NCBI RefSeq assembly: GCF_006345805.1
Contig: NW_021833045.1
Span: forward strand, 21,300 to 85,299
Source: Octopus sinensis
Taxonomy: Eukaryota
Length of the DNA: 64,000 nt
Reading direction: 5' to 3'
This document shows positions 40,391 to 52,867 of the stretch, in pieces (the stretch's first letter is position 1; every line of letters begins with the position of its first letter). Under the pieces are notes generated by a model, which saw only the letters and a list, made by a program, of their open reading frames with translations, was not told where the DNA came from and did not search any database. The translations under genes were made by a program, and so were the position numbers.

Positions 40391-40884
40391 GTATATATAC
40401 AGATAAGTGGTGGGAATCATCTCGTGACCGACTGAGACCAATTCTCTGACTCAGTAAATCTCTGAAACTGTTCCAAGGGTTCAAGAATTTTGTGTACGTG
40501 AATTTGTTTTGAATGGATAAAGTATTACACAGCACTGAAATCCAGTGCAATCAGTTTCATACGAGCAGCGGCACAACAGATGTTGAAGCAACATGAAATC
40601 AACTGCACTCCAAGTTTGTTTTGTTTCTACGAGTTTATCTTCTTTCAGAAGGAAGTTCTAACGAGAACAGGGGGTCCTTCAGTTCCAATGGTTCACGTGT
40701 AGTTAAATCAAAGTAGGGATCCTGACAGGTGCTATTACTCCGGTTAGAGTAGACGTAGGAACACTAGTGACTAAGAGACACTTCCACACTTCTCAAAACC
40801 CTGGAACTGCCATGCCAGGGCCCCACTATCGCATTCAGTTGAATGTCATACATACATTTCTTCATACATACATTCATAGATGCA

Positions 40885-40918
40885 TGCATATGTTGTTGTT
40901 ATTATTATTATTTTATTA

Positions 40919-40959
<41 letters not shown>

Positions 40960-40962
40960 TTG

Positions 40963-41021
<59 letters not shown>

Positions 41022-41192
41022 GTTATTATTATTATTATTGTTATTATTATTATTATTATTATTGTTATTATTATTGTTGTTGTTATTATTATTATTATTA
41101 TTGTTATTATTATTATTATTATTATTGTTATTATTATTATTATTGTTATTATTATTATTATTATTATCATCATCATCATTATTATTATTATT
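40885..41192. repeat. (TTA)n tract
   Basis: About 300 bp of TTA/TTG. Confidence 0.95.
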
Positions 41193-41366
41193 ATTTATTG
41201 CCTTTGCACAGCTTCTAACGTTGGAGCTGTGCTACGGTCTCAGCTGTTCACTACTAGTGAACTAAGGTAACACCTCTTATTTTTCGAGCACCTTCTGGAG
41301 TATTCGAGCGGTTCCAAGAAGTGCTGTTTTCTGCAAGTGTTCCACCCTTATTGCAGCCCCTATTTT
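41193..41366 (-). mobile_element. R4/Dong-like LINE 3' end (same family as 17135-17747)
   Basis: Reverse complement encodes IGAAIRVEHLQKTALLGTARILQKVLEK* followed by the 3'UTR ggtgttaccttagttcact...gttagaagctgtgcaaaggcaataaat, shared with 17640-17730. Confidence 0.88.
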
Positions 41367-41415
41367 TATTATTATTATTATTATTATGATTTATTACTTT
41401 ATTATTATTATTATT

Positions 41416-41600
41416 GACGCCGTACAGTATCCAATATTGTGAGGTTGTTGACTGAAGATATCTACCGGGGTTTTGCACTGTTTGTCAAGTCACAACGAGG
41501 ACCTCAGACAGACAGTACTTTACCCAATATGCGTACAATTCCACGTATTGCCAGTTTTTTCCAATACATCTAAGTTGTAGAATATCTCTAAGGTTTTCAG
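41416..41600 (-). mobile_element. Second RLE-type LINE 3' end (different family)
   Basis: Frameshifted reverse complement reads approximately ...LEKT/AIRGIVRILGKVLSV*, the same KTA.LGT.RILRKVL C-terminal motif; distinct 3'UTR ending in (AAT)n. Confidence 0.6.
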
Positions 41601-41604
41601 ATTT

Positions 41605-42010
41605 CAAGGCGGCGAGCTAGCAGAAACGTTAGCACGCCGAGGGAAATGCTTAGCTGTATTTCGTCTATCGTTACGTTCCGAGTTCAAATTCCGCCGAAGG
41701 CGACTTTGCCTCTCATCCTTTCAGGGTCGATAAATTAAGTACCAGTTACGCACTGGGGTCGATGTAATCGACTTAATCCATTTGTCTGTCCTTGTTTGTC
41801 CCCTCTATGTTTAACCCCTTGTGGTCAATAAAGAAATAGGCTTTTCGTCTGCTGTTACGTTCTGAGTTCAAAATCCGCCGAAGTCGACTTTGCCTCTCAT
41901 CCTTTCTGGGTCGATAAATTAAGTACTAATAAAACATTGGGGTTGATTCAATCGACTAGTCTCTTCCCCCAAAATTTCAGGTCTTGTGCCTATAGTAGAA
42001 ACGATTATTA
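41605..42010 (+). mobile_element. SINE-A dimer (A1 unit + A2-tailed unit)
   Basis: aaggcggcgagctagcagaaacgttagcacg head; junction aaagaaataggcttttcgtctg at ~41830. Confidence 0.9.
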
Positions 42011-42025
42011 CTATTATTATTATTA

Positions 42026-42062
<37 letters not shown>

Positions 42063-42615
42063 CATCATCATCATTACTGAGAGAGCAGTGCATGTCCTCC
42101 AGGTCAACTTTCCCTTCCGTCTTTTAGGGGTCGATAAAATAAGCACCAATATTGAAATGGGGTGGATTTAATCGGTTAGCCCTCTCCGTCCCCTAAAATT
42201 TCAAGCCTTATGCCTACAGTCGACAGGGTTATTGTTGTTGCTGGTATCACATTTTTAAAAAATTTTATATTTTCGATATTATTCATATTCAATTATTTAC
42301 ATTTTTTCCAAATAATTTTTTTTTCCCCCAATTTTTAGATCTATTCATTCTTCATATTGTATTTATTCATATAAATCTTGACACAAATAAAATATATTTA
42401 TAATTTTATACGTATTTTTATTTACTTTTTTTATTCTTCACATCTGTCATAGCTTCTACGGACCAGCACGCCTGTCATGCCACTATTCGACTAAATGTCG
42501 CATCTCACATTAATCGATTCTTCAAACTTTCGCCTAATTTCCAAAAGGTCGAAACCGTTTTTTATGCTCGTGACCTGCATCTATTTTCACTAACCCGATT
42601 AAAGAACCCTCCCGC

Positions 42616-42662
<47 letters not shown>

Positions 42663-42979
42663 TCAATTGTAATTATGATTAGTAACGCCATGCATCAATT
42701 AACAAGCAATTAATAAACGATAAACTATGCAAGAACACAGCCACATTCAAGAAACACATCTACAAACCTAACGAAAGTTATCAAACCTCCTCCAACCTAC
42801 TCTGTTTCGCCATCATCATTTAGAACAACACAAGGCAAGAAATCCCTACATGCAGTTCAACACCCACCCTATTATACAAACCCAAATCAATTAATACATT
42901 CCGAGTGTTCAAAGGGTCTGTTTTACGGATGGCACAGCCAGTTTTAAATATCATAATATTATCCTAACACAGAGAGATG

Positions 42980-43390
42980 GACGCTGGACGAAAGGCTTAG
43001 CGGTATTTCGCCCGTTGCTATGTTCTGAGATCAAATTCCGCCGAAGTCGAGTTTGCCTTTCATCCTTTCGGGGTCGATAAAATAAGTACCAGTTGTGCAC
43101 TAGGGTCGATGTAATCGACTCTTCCCCTCTCCCAAAATTGATGTCCTTGTGGCAAAATTTGAAACCATTATATCATACTAAGACAGAGAGCTGGCAGAAT
43201 GGTTTGTACGCTGGACGAAATGCTAAGCGGTATTTCGTCCGTCTTTACGTTCTGAGTTCAAATTCTGCTGAGGTCGACTTTGCCTTTCATATTTTTAATG
43301 TCGATAAAATAAATATAAATTGAACACTTGAATCGATGTAATCACTTAACTCCCTCCCCACAAAATTCTGGGCCTTGTACACATAGTAGA
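42980..43390 (+). mobile_element. Two adjacent SINE-A2 copies
   Basis: Two bodies gagttcaaattc...gtcgactttgcctttcat with A2 tails. Confidence 0.8.
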
Positions 43391-43766
43391 AATGATAATA
43401 TTTATTTTCATGGGTGAATCTTGCTTGCCTGAGGATTCCTATGAATTAGCCGACGAATAATCATTATTGATTCTTTAACTAATTAAAAGTTGTAACTTTT
43501 ACACGACTCTCTGAACATTTTGCTCATCTGGTTATAATATGAAGCTCTGTTGAGGTGACTGGATTTTTGATTATGCTTATTTTTACTACGTCTACATTTA
43601 TATATATATATATATATATATTGCAATTAAGGACAACTACTTAATAAGGAAAACTTAACAAGAAATTGTCAGGTAGATAGCGTAAAAACCTCATAAGAGA
43701 AAAAATTTCGAAAATAATTATTTCTTATTGAACATATTAATTTATATGATGCCTTTCATATAAATT

Positions 43767-43807
<41 letters not shown>

Positions 43808-44319
43808 ACAGAAAAGAGGAATTTCGGTTGTCCCCACGTGGTGGATTGTAATGTATATAAGAAAATAAAAAAGGAAGATACGCACACTTACATGGTTATA
43901 ATATACTTTTTAATGTATCGACCGGTTTCGCAATCGCTAATCATGATATAATGTTTAATTTATATGAATATATATTTTTTCTTAAGAAGAAAATTGGTCC
44001 ATATTGTTTGTAATGAAATTCACTCGTGAATTTCATTACAAACAATATGAGTCCAAACCAACCAATCATTGAACAATGATGGGAATACCATAAGAGGGGC
44101 ATGTCCCTCCCGTATCATTGCAGGGACCTGTCCCTCTCGTATCAGTTCACAGCGTCTGCCTTTCCAGTCACTGCGGCTGAAGAGGAGATAACTACTCTGA
44201 AATGCATGCATTCCACAGCCTGGTTAGGGGGCGCTGTGACTTGACTTGGTGTATTTACTCCTGTTTATCTACAGCGAGAAATTTTCTACGTGATAAAATA
44301 CAATGAAAGGTATGTATAT

Positions 44320-44430
44320 AAGGAGTGGCTGTGTGGTAAGTAGGTTGCTTACAAACCACATGGTTCCGGGTTCAGTCCCACTATTATAGCCACGGGCTGA
44401 CCAAAGTCATGTGAGTGGATTTGGTAGATA
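44320..44430 (+). mobile_element. SINE-B 5' fragment
   Basis: aggagtggctgtgtggtaagtaggttgc...gtgagtggatttggtagat. Confidence 0.8.
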
Positions 44431-44653
44431 GAAACATATCAAAGGGAAATGGAATTTAATTAAATTTAAAATATTCAATCAAAATTTACATTTCCAGTGG
44501 TCTAACGTGCAAAAACATTAGTCAAGAAGACTATATATTAATTATACGATATAGTGCATATTTATACACATAAGGAATCCACTTAGCGTGAGATTCAACA
44601 CATTAGCGAGAACAGCTAGGTTCTATAAACCACAAAAATAACGGATAAAATTT

Positions 44654-44779
44654 GACAGGGATAAATTTGGATCTAGTACCCCTTGCGAGTTCTCCCGACT
44701 TGCTAAAAGAAGATCAGAAACCAATTTGGTCCGGGGTACTAGATGGTAAATGTTTTTCATTTCCAAATTTATCCCTGTC
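44654..44779. repeat. Inverted repeat / small MITE-like hairpin
   Basis: gacagggataaatttgga pairs perfectly with tccaaatttatccctgtc (18 bp); inner tctagtacccc pairs with ggggtactaga. Confidence 0.8.
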
Positions 44780-46664
44780 GCAATCAAATTTACTAAAACG
44801 AAAGATTATATATGATGGACTCTCCCATCGAAGACGACGAATGAGCATTCAGCTTTTGCTAAACGACCTGCACAGGTGCAACGGTTGTCACACGTCAGGT
44901 GTCGCAGTGATCGCAGAGCAACTTGCGATGAAGTGTTTTGCTCAAGACTAGAACACACCACCCGGTCTAGAAACTGAAATCACGACCTCGTGGTTGTGAG
45001 TGTAACACATTGTGGTTTTGTAAGAAAATGCCTCTGTACCAATTTGAATGTCTGTGTACAGAACATTTAAAACGGGTATATTGGGTGTATTCAAGTACTG
45101 AAGTATTCAATGCGCAGAAATCACTTAAGCCGATAGGTTCCGTGTGATGATTAAATTACGATATTTAAAGATGCACGTCTGGATTAAATGAAGACAGTGC
45201 AACGGGCGCGTAAGGTGCTTAAACCAAACAAAGTTCAGAAAGAAAACCGTATTTTATTATAATGTTGTTAGTTAATTCCCAAACCAAATATGCTGTGAGA
45301 GAGGATGCAGGCTTTCTGAGAAGCTCTCCTCTACCTGACACCCATCACAACTACCATCATTATCGTCATCGCCGTCATCGTTACCACTATTTCTACGTTT
45401 ACCTGTACAATCGCACAGAGCAGTTTCTCCCCGACCTCCCACCTAACGGCATGTAACAGCAACAACAATAACAACAACAACAACAACAACAATAACTACA
45501 ACAGCAACAACAACGGCAACAAAATCCTCACCTTTTCATTTCAGAAAACCTTTTCTTCTACACACTCAAGGGAAAGAGTTCATATGTTATTAGCAACAAG
45601 CACTTCACGAAAAATATCAGAATGATGTACACGTACTGAATAACCGCGAGATTAGACATAGAATCGGTAAATTTCTAGCAGCAGATGAAAGAATATAGCT
45701 TTTGAAAAGCTTTGCTCTGTCACTTTCTGTCCCTTTGTCTCTTTCTCTCTCTCTCTCTCACCTTCTCTCTTTCGGTCGCCTTCTCTCTCTCTGATTCATA
45801 CCGACGCCAACGACAAATAGATTACTTCACATAATATTCTATTCTAAGTCACAGCTTTAGTGTCGACATTTTCTCAAATCTGTTGTTACATTATGGCTAT
45901 TATAACTAACATTTTCTGTCAGGGTCTTCCGCATTCAATGTTAATCTTCGAAGTTTGTTGAAATCTTACGTTTCGATTAGAAAGTTGTTTAGTTCGATTT
46001 CTATAAACGATGAGCTTCAAGAGAAAGCGTGCATATAAATAGGTACGTCGTTATTTCTTTAATATCAGCACAAGTTTCCGAATAGAAGAATTGAAATGAT
46101 ATTAGACTGCATAAGCAACAATTTGAGAGAGCATGAGAGAGAAAGAGAGAGGCGGGAAAGTGAGAGAGAGAGAGAGATAACGTGACAGGTTCACTGAAGG
46201 GAGATGAACTGCGTATCTCCTGATTCCCACGTTACTGCATTGAAGTAAAATGAGGAGATTGTTCAATATTTATATTAAACATTAAATGTAGTAATTTTCA
46301 GCAGAAAACAAGAGAAATGCGACCACTGACGCTTGTCATCTCTAAAGCTGTCGCCTGGGAAACATTAGATACAAAGAAACTAAAGCAAATAGACCGATGT
46401 ACTCAAACGATTAACTGTAGAGATCCAGTACACAACTGGTATTTATCTTCCTGGCCGTTGAAGAACGGTAAAGTCTATTGTCAAAATCTTTAAACGCTTT
46501 ACCGGTTTCTTTTCTGTTGAGCTTCCTGTCTCAAGTCTTATAATAGTTTTTTTTTACTCGTAATAGTTTTTTTTTACTCGTACTGCTGCTCTCCTGGACT
46601 CATTACCATCGCTTTGCTTTCAAATTCAGAATTGAGTTGTCAATATAGGCGCAGGAGGGTAACC

Positions 46665-47180
46665 AAAGGAGTGGCTGTGTGGTAAGTAGCTTGCTTACCA
46701 GCCACATGGTTTCGGGTTCATTCCCACTGTGTGGCACCTTGGGCAAGTGTCTTCTACTATAGCCTCGGGCCGACCAAAGCATTGGGAGTGGATTTGGTAG
46801 ACGGAAACTGAAAGAAGTCCGTCGTATATATGTATATATATATATGTATGTGTGTGTGTGTGTTTTTATGTCTGTGTTTCCCCCCCCCCAACATCGCTTG
46901 ACAACCGATGCTGGTGTGTTTACGTCCCCGCAACTTAGCGGTTCGCCAAAAGAGACCGACAGAATAAGTACTAGGCTTCCAAAGAATAATTCCAGGGGTC
47001 GATTTGCTCGACTAAAGGCGGTACTCCAGCATGGCCGCAATCAAATGACTCTTGCAAAAGAAACACCCAAAGCAACTTAGAAAAGAAATATTCATTTCTT
47101 TATTGCCCACAGGATGGGGCTAAACACAGAGGGGACAAACAAGGACAGACAATGGGATTACAAGTAAAAGTAAAAGAAAA
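46665..47180 (+). mobile_element. SINE-B, full length, with 110-bp insertion in its tail
   Basis: Standard head and body; tail gact[47051-47160]caagtaaaag. Confidence 0.9.
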
Positions 47181-47644
47181 AGTTTAGTGAGTCCTCTCCT
47201 TTCTGCTAGATCGAAGTTACTGGTTCATCGTCGAAATTTGTCTTCGTTGTGTCTTTTCTACGAGTATTTTCACGGTCATTGTTCTAACCTAGTACCATCT
47301 ATCAAGACCTTTAAACCCGTCATCAACTTCTCTTCTTTCCAGTATATCATTTCTCAATTAGGCTTCCTGTTGCTTACAAGTTCTTTTATTTTGATAGCTT
47401 CTCTCCTCGGACTACTGCTCTGTGAAACTCAGTACCACCATCTTGTTTTCTTCTGGACTATGATATTCAGTTCTTTAACTTTACTATCGATCGATATATT
47501 TTGAATTTTTTGCCCATCCCCTTCCTTCTTTTCTTTATTTGTAGTCCCTTACTCTACAGTGACTCCAAGCCAGAATCGAATAAAAAAACAAAACAGTGCT
47601 TGGACTCTTGCAAAAGAAACACCCAAAGCAACTTAGAAAAGAAA

Positions 47645-48100
47645 TATTCATTTCTTTATTGCCCACAGGATGGGGCTAAACACAGAGGGGACAAACAAGG
47701 ACAGACAATGGGATTAAGTCGATTAAATCGACCCCAGTGCGTAACTGGTACTTATTTACTCGACCCCGAAAGGATAAAAGACAAAGTCGACCTCGGCGGA
47801 ATTTGAACTCAGAACGCAACGGCAGACGAAATACCGCTAAGTGTTTTGCCCGGCGTGCTAACGATTCTGCCAACTCGACGCTCTGTAAAGAAATATTGGT
47901 ATCAAATTTTGGCACAAGGCCAGCAATTTCAAGGGAAGGGTTAAGTCGATTTCATCGACCCCAGTACTCAACTAGTACTAATTTTATCGAATCAGAAGAA
48001 TGAAAGACGAAATCGACCGTGATGGACTTTAAACTCAAAGTGTAAAGACGGACAAAATTCCGCGAAGCATTTAGGCTGGCATGTGAAAGATACTGCTAGC
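47645..48100 (-). mobile_element. SINE-A1 and SINE-A2 copies
   Basis: Reverse-complement bodies at ~47645-47880 and ~47895-48100. Confidence 0.85.
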
Positions 48101-48325
48101 TGAGTACTCTACAAACACATGTACCTTTAACGTAGTTCTCGGGTAGATTCAACATGATCCAGAATGGAACAAAACTGGCCCCCTTTGAATTACAGGTACA
48201 ACTCAATTTTGCCACTTGAGTGTAATGGAACAATGTGAAATAAAGTACCTTGCTCAAGGACAGAACGCGCTGCCAGGATCGAACTAACGACCTCACGATT
48301 GTGAGCCGAATACCCTAATTACTAC
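48100..48325 (-). mobile_element. CORE-like tRNA SINE (family E)
   Basis: Reverse complement contains gttcgatcctggcagcgcgttctgtccttgagcaaggtactttatttcac (B box + CORE-like). Confidence 0.65.
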
Positions 48326-48327
48326 GC

Positions 48328-48570
48328 TAAGGCTCGAAATTTTGTGGTGGGGGACCAGTCGATTATATCGACCCAGTACACAACTGGTAGTTAATTTATC
48401 GACCCCGAAAGGATTAAAAGCAAAGTTGACCTCGGCAGAATTTGAACTCAGAACGTAAAGACAGACAAAATACCTATCTATTTATTACCCACAAGGGGAT
48501 AAACATAGAGTGAAGACAGACAAAATACCACTATGCATTTCACCCGGCGTGCTAACGTTTCTGCCATCTT
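48328..48570 (-). mobile_element. SINE-A fragments with dimer junction
   Basis: gacaaaatacctatctatttattacccacaaggg junction at ~48470. Confidence 0.8.
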
Positions 48571-48639
48571 TCCGCCTTCTTCATATTATATTATTAGATT
48601 ATATCATTGGCTATGATAATCACAAGTTTATATATATAT

Positions 48640-48930
48640 ATATTAGGTTACCGACCAGATTATCGGTGTTATACATCGCTGGTCACAATGCGTTTTGCAT
48701 AGTTATAACTTTCGAATGATGCTACCCTACTGGCTAGGCGAACAGACCAATATTACCCCTGATCGTAGAACTATTCCGTCACAGGGTTACCCATTTGCTG
48801 CTGAGTGGACAGGAGAAACGTGAAATGAAGTAATTTCTTCAAGAACACAACGCTCCTCCCGAACCCGGAATCGAACCCACGATCTGGCGATCATGAGCGT
48901 AATACGCTACTCACTAGGCCACGCGCCTTC
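48640..48930 (-). mobile_element. CORE-like tRNA SINE (family D)
   Basis: Reverse complement gtgggttcgattccgggttcggg...gcgttgtgttcttgaagaaattacttcatttcacgtttctcctgtccactcagc; related fragment at ~44900-45010. Confidence 0.65.
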
Positions 48931-50404
48931 ACTAAACAATTCACCAGTGTAAATGATAGAGTCAAATCATTGTACTTTCCTTGCCATGAGTATCCACTGA
49001 CGGGTGACCTAGCTACACCTCTATAATAGAGCAACGGGAAATAATTGATGGACTGGTGTTGTAAGGGCATTCAGCCATTTTTTTTTTACGGATATTAGTG
49101 AAAGACCGCAAGAAAACAAAAAAACCAGGAACACAGCAGGATTCGATCCTACGTCACAAATTCTCTTCCACGGGAGCCTACCACCTCATTTAGCGATGAT
49201 ACTCGATTAAACCTTACGGATATAAGACGATAATTGAGACATCAGGCTAGAAATGACTTATCTTCATATCTTGTGTGATAATAGACAGTGATCCCCCCTA
49301 ATTATATACATATAAATCTCGCGCAAATTAGCCGGAAACTATGAATATCTATATATTTAATCAAGTGAAAAGATAGAGGAATCTGCCGGGAAAAAAATAT
49401 AAAATAGAGAAAGAAATGGTTTTCTGCAATGCAAAAGCATTCCGTATTTTTTTTTTTTTTAAGAAATATTAACAAAATTTAAAAACATAATCAAACGGAA
49501 ATGAAAATAACATTGACTTTCTCCCATTTATATTTTTGTTTTTCAGTAAATTTTAATTTTTGTGCCGTATTCTCCTCGCACTAGCGAGCACAGTACGATG
49601 TGCCTTGGGTACGTGTAACGTTATGATTTGGGGTCGTTTCTATTTTCCATAATATTGACGCTGTTCTCCGCGATAAGTGCTGTCATCTTTGTACAGTACA
49701 TGTTTCTAAGTCCTGAGGCCTCAATTATCTATTTCTCATAAACTGGTTTGTGTTTCTGTTATTTTTTTTACTTATTTCACGAAGACGCAATTATTAAAGA
49801 TATTCTTTCTGTTTCTCTATTTTCAGGATATAAAATATAAAATTTTTTTCATTTTCCACATAGATATATTTTCGTTTTGGGTGACAAAATGCTTACCAGC
49901 ATTTCGGCCGTCTTTGCGTTCTGGGTTCAAATCCCACAGAGGTTGGCTTTACCTTTCATTCTTTCGAGATCGATAAAATAAGTACCAGTTGAACACTGGG
50001 GCCTATATATATTCAAGTGGTTCTCTCCCCTAAAATTGCTAGCCCTGTACCAAAATTCGTGGAGGGTGGATAATCAGAATCGTTATTGTGTCGGACAAAA
50101 TGCCTGATAGTATTTCTTCCGGCACTTGATGTTCTGAGTTCAAATCCCGCCGAGATCAGCTTTGTCGTGCATTTTTTCGTGGTCGCTAAAAAAAAGTACC
50201 AATCAAACTGGGGGAGGCGCTCGAGCTAATCGACCAGGCCCATCCCTCAAAATTTCAGTACATGAGCCTCTGCGTCTCCATTAGAAACAATTATGAATTT
50301 TAGCATTATCGGTGTCATCATCATTATAATCATCATCATCCTCCTCCTCATCATCATCATCATCATCACCACCACCATAATCATTATCATCATTATCCTC
50401 TTTA

Positions 50405-50620
50405 TCAAGGCGGTGAGATGGCAGAAAAGTTAGCCCGCCGGGTTAAATGTTTTGCAGTATTTTGCCTGTCTTTACGTTCTGAGTTCAAATTCCGCCGAGG
50501 TCGACTTTGCCTTTCATCTTTTCGGGGTCGATAAATTAAGTACCAGTTGTGTACTGGGGTCGCTCTAATCAACTGGCACCCTCTCCCAAAATTTTGGGCC
50601 TTGTGCCTAGAGTAGAAAAA
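50405..50620 (+). mobile_element. SINE-A2 (additional degenerate copies at 49890-50290)
   Basis: aaggcggtgagatggcagaa...ccaaaattttgggccttgtgcctagagtagaaa. Confidence 0.85.
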
Positions 50621-51398
50621 AACCCATTATACTTTTTAGCTTTATCACCATCATCATCATCATCTTTATCATCTGTGTGATAGAAAATGGAGAAGAACAA
50701 TCGGGGAAATACCGGGTACATATACTTTATGAGAGTTTGCTCTTTTATCATTGCTCATGTACAAGGTATCAAAAGATATTATCACAAGATTGCGGAAAGA
50801 CACTGTTTCCCTATTTTATCAACTCTTGCATCTATAAAATACGTACCAGTGATATTTTAGGGTCATTCTCAACAGAGTGTCCCTCTTCTACATTAACCCT
50901 GTTATTATTAATTTTCTAGTCCTCGCTACATTTCCCGCAATCAGTATCATAAATGTATAATTATTTCATGATCAGAAAGAATAACTAAAACTTAATCCTC
51001 GACTCAATAATTGCTAGGTTCTTTCATGTTTCTATGAGTTTTTTTTTTTTGTGTCGTGGTTGTTGTTTTTCTATTTGTTTGAGGAGGAGTTTTTTGGTGG
51101 GGGGGGGAGGATGTGTCGCACTGTTATTTGTCTTTACATTTTATGTTCATTATATTCACATGTAGACATACACGTATGTATATATATATATGTGTGTGTG
51201 TGCGTTCGTGCGCGTGTATCTATATATATATATTTAATTTACTGGGAAAACTGCGGGATATACACAAAGATCTAGAGTACACAAAGGTTTAAAGTACTTG
51301 TCAATCTATTTGAAAGTGATTTCGCGCAAAACCGCTAGGCCCCACAGTATCTTCTGGTGTAGCCTCAGCTAATAAAACATATCAAATATATGTGTGAC

Positions 51399-51479
<81 letters not shown>

Positions 51480-52331
51480 CATATATACATACATAGATTT
51501 GTATGTGTATATATGTGGGTAGGGGGTACAGATATATATGTTTTACTAAGTATATACGAAAATACTTGAATGTTGCGTGTAATACATATATATATATATA
51601 TATATATATGCATCCATCCATACGTACACACATACAGATATATATACACACCAACTAACACATACATATACACATAAATACACGCATACACACTCACATA
51701 CACACATATACATATATACATAGAGACAGAGAGAGAGTTACAGAGAATAAGAAAGACAAAGAGAGAGAGAGAGAGAGGAATGGTGAACTATGATAAGAGG
51801 ATAATTAAAGAGAAGTAAAACAGAGGTGTAAGTAGGAAGAGATGATTGAGTCTGAAGGTGTTAGCCATTCTTATTGATGTTTTTGGACAACTATCGATCT
51901 CTAATAGATGCACTTATACCCAGGAGTCATAATCGGTTTTTTTCGCTTCTCTTTGTAAACACTTACCAATTCCCCAGTTCAAATCCATTCCGAGTTCCAT
52001 CAAAAGACTATAAGACTATAGTATGAGGAAAAAGGTGGGGGTGATGTGTGTAGGGGAAGGGGGTGTTTGAAGGCCGAGAGAATACACAACGCGCGTGCAA
52101 GTACGTACTTATGGTGTAGAGTGAAATATATAAACAGATGTAGGGAAAATATGGATGTGTAGATATGTGTGTACGCATGCGCGTCCAACGTTTATACATT
52201 CATGTTTCTAAATATATATATAGATAGATAGATTGGTTGGTAGATAGATAGATAGCGAGAGAGAGAGACAAAACGAGAAGAAGAAAGACAGAGATAGAGA
52301 GAAATAGTGAGATGGGGAGAGAATGATAGAT

Positions 52332-52364
<33 letters not shown>

Positions 52365-52719
52365 TACACACATACATACATACATACATACATACATACA
52401 TACATACTACATACATACATACATACATACATACATAGCGAGTGAGAGAGAAAACGAGGAGAAAGACAAAGAGAGAAAAATAGTGAGATGGGGAGAGAAA
52501 GGTAGATAAATAGAGAGAGAGAGAAAGATAGACAGACAGACAGGCAGAGAGATTGAGAGCCAGACAGACAGACAGAGACAGAGAGAGATGGGCAAACAGA
52601 TAGATAAATAGAGACAGGCAAACAGACAGACAGATAGAGAGAAAAACAGAGAAACAAACAGATAGACAGGCAGACAGACGCACAGACAGACAGAAAGACG
52701 GACAGACAGACTGAGAGGC

Positions 52720-52784
<65 letters not shown>

Positions 52785-52801
52785 TATAGATAGATAGATG
52801 A

Positions 52802-52855
<54 letters not shown>

Positions 52856-52867
52856 GGATAGATAGAT

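Noticed and set aside
40646-40716. Strong acceptor followed by EGSSNENRGSFSSNGSRVVKSK*
   Set aside because: It is too short to evaluate and runs into probable repeat-derived sequence.
45594-46038. Two phase-compatible putative exons (QQALHEKYQNDVHVLNNREIRHRI + GSSAFNVNLRSLLK...)
   Set aside because: The first acceptor is weak, the frames are short enough to occur by chance, and no homology was recognised.
49547-49608. Signal-peptide-like RILLALASTVRCALG with a GTACGT donor
   Set aside because: There is an in-frame stop just upstream and no ATG in that frame.
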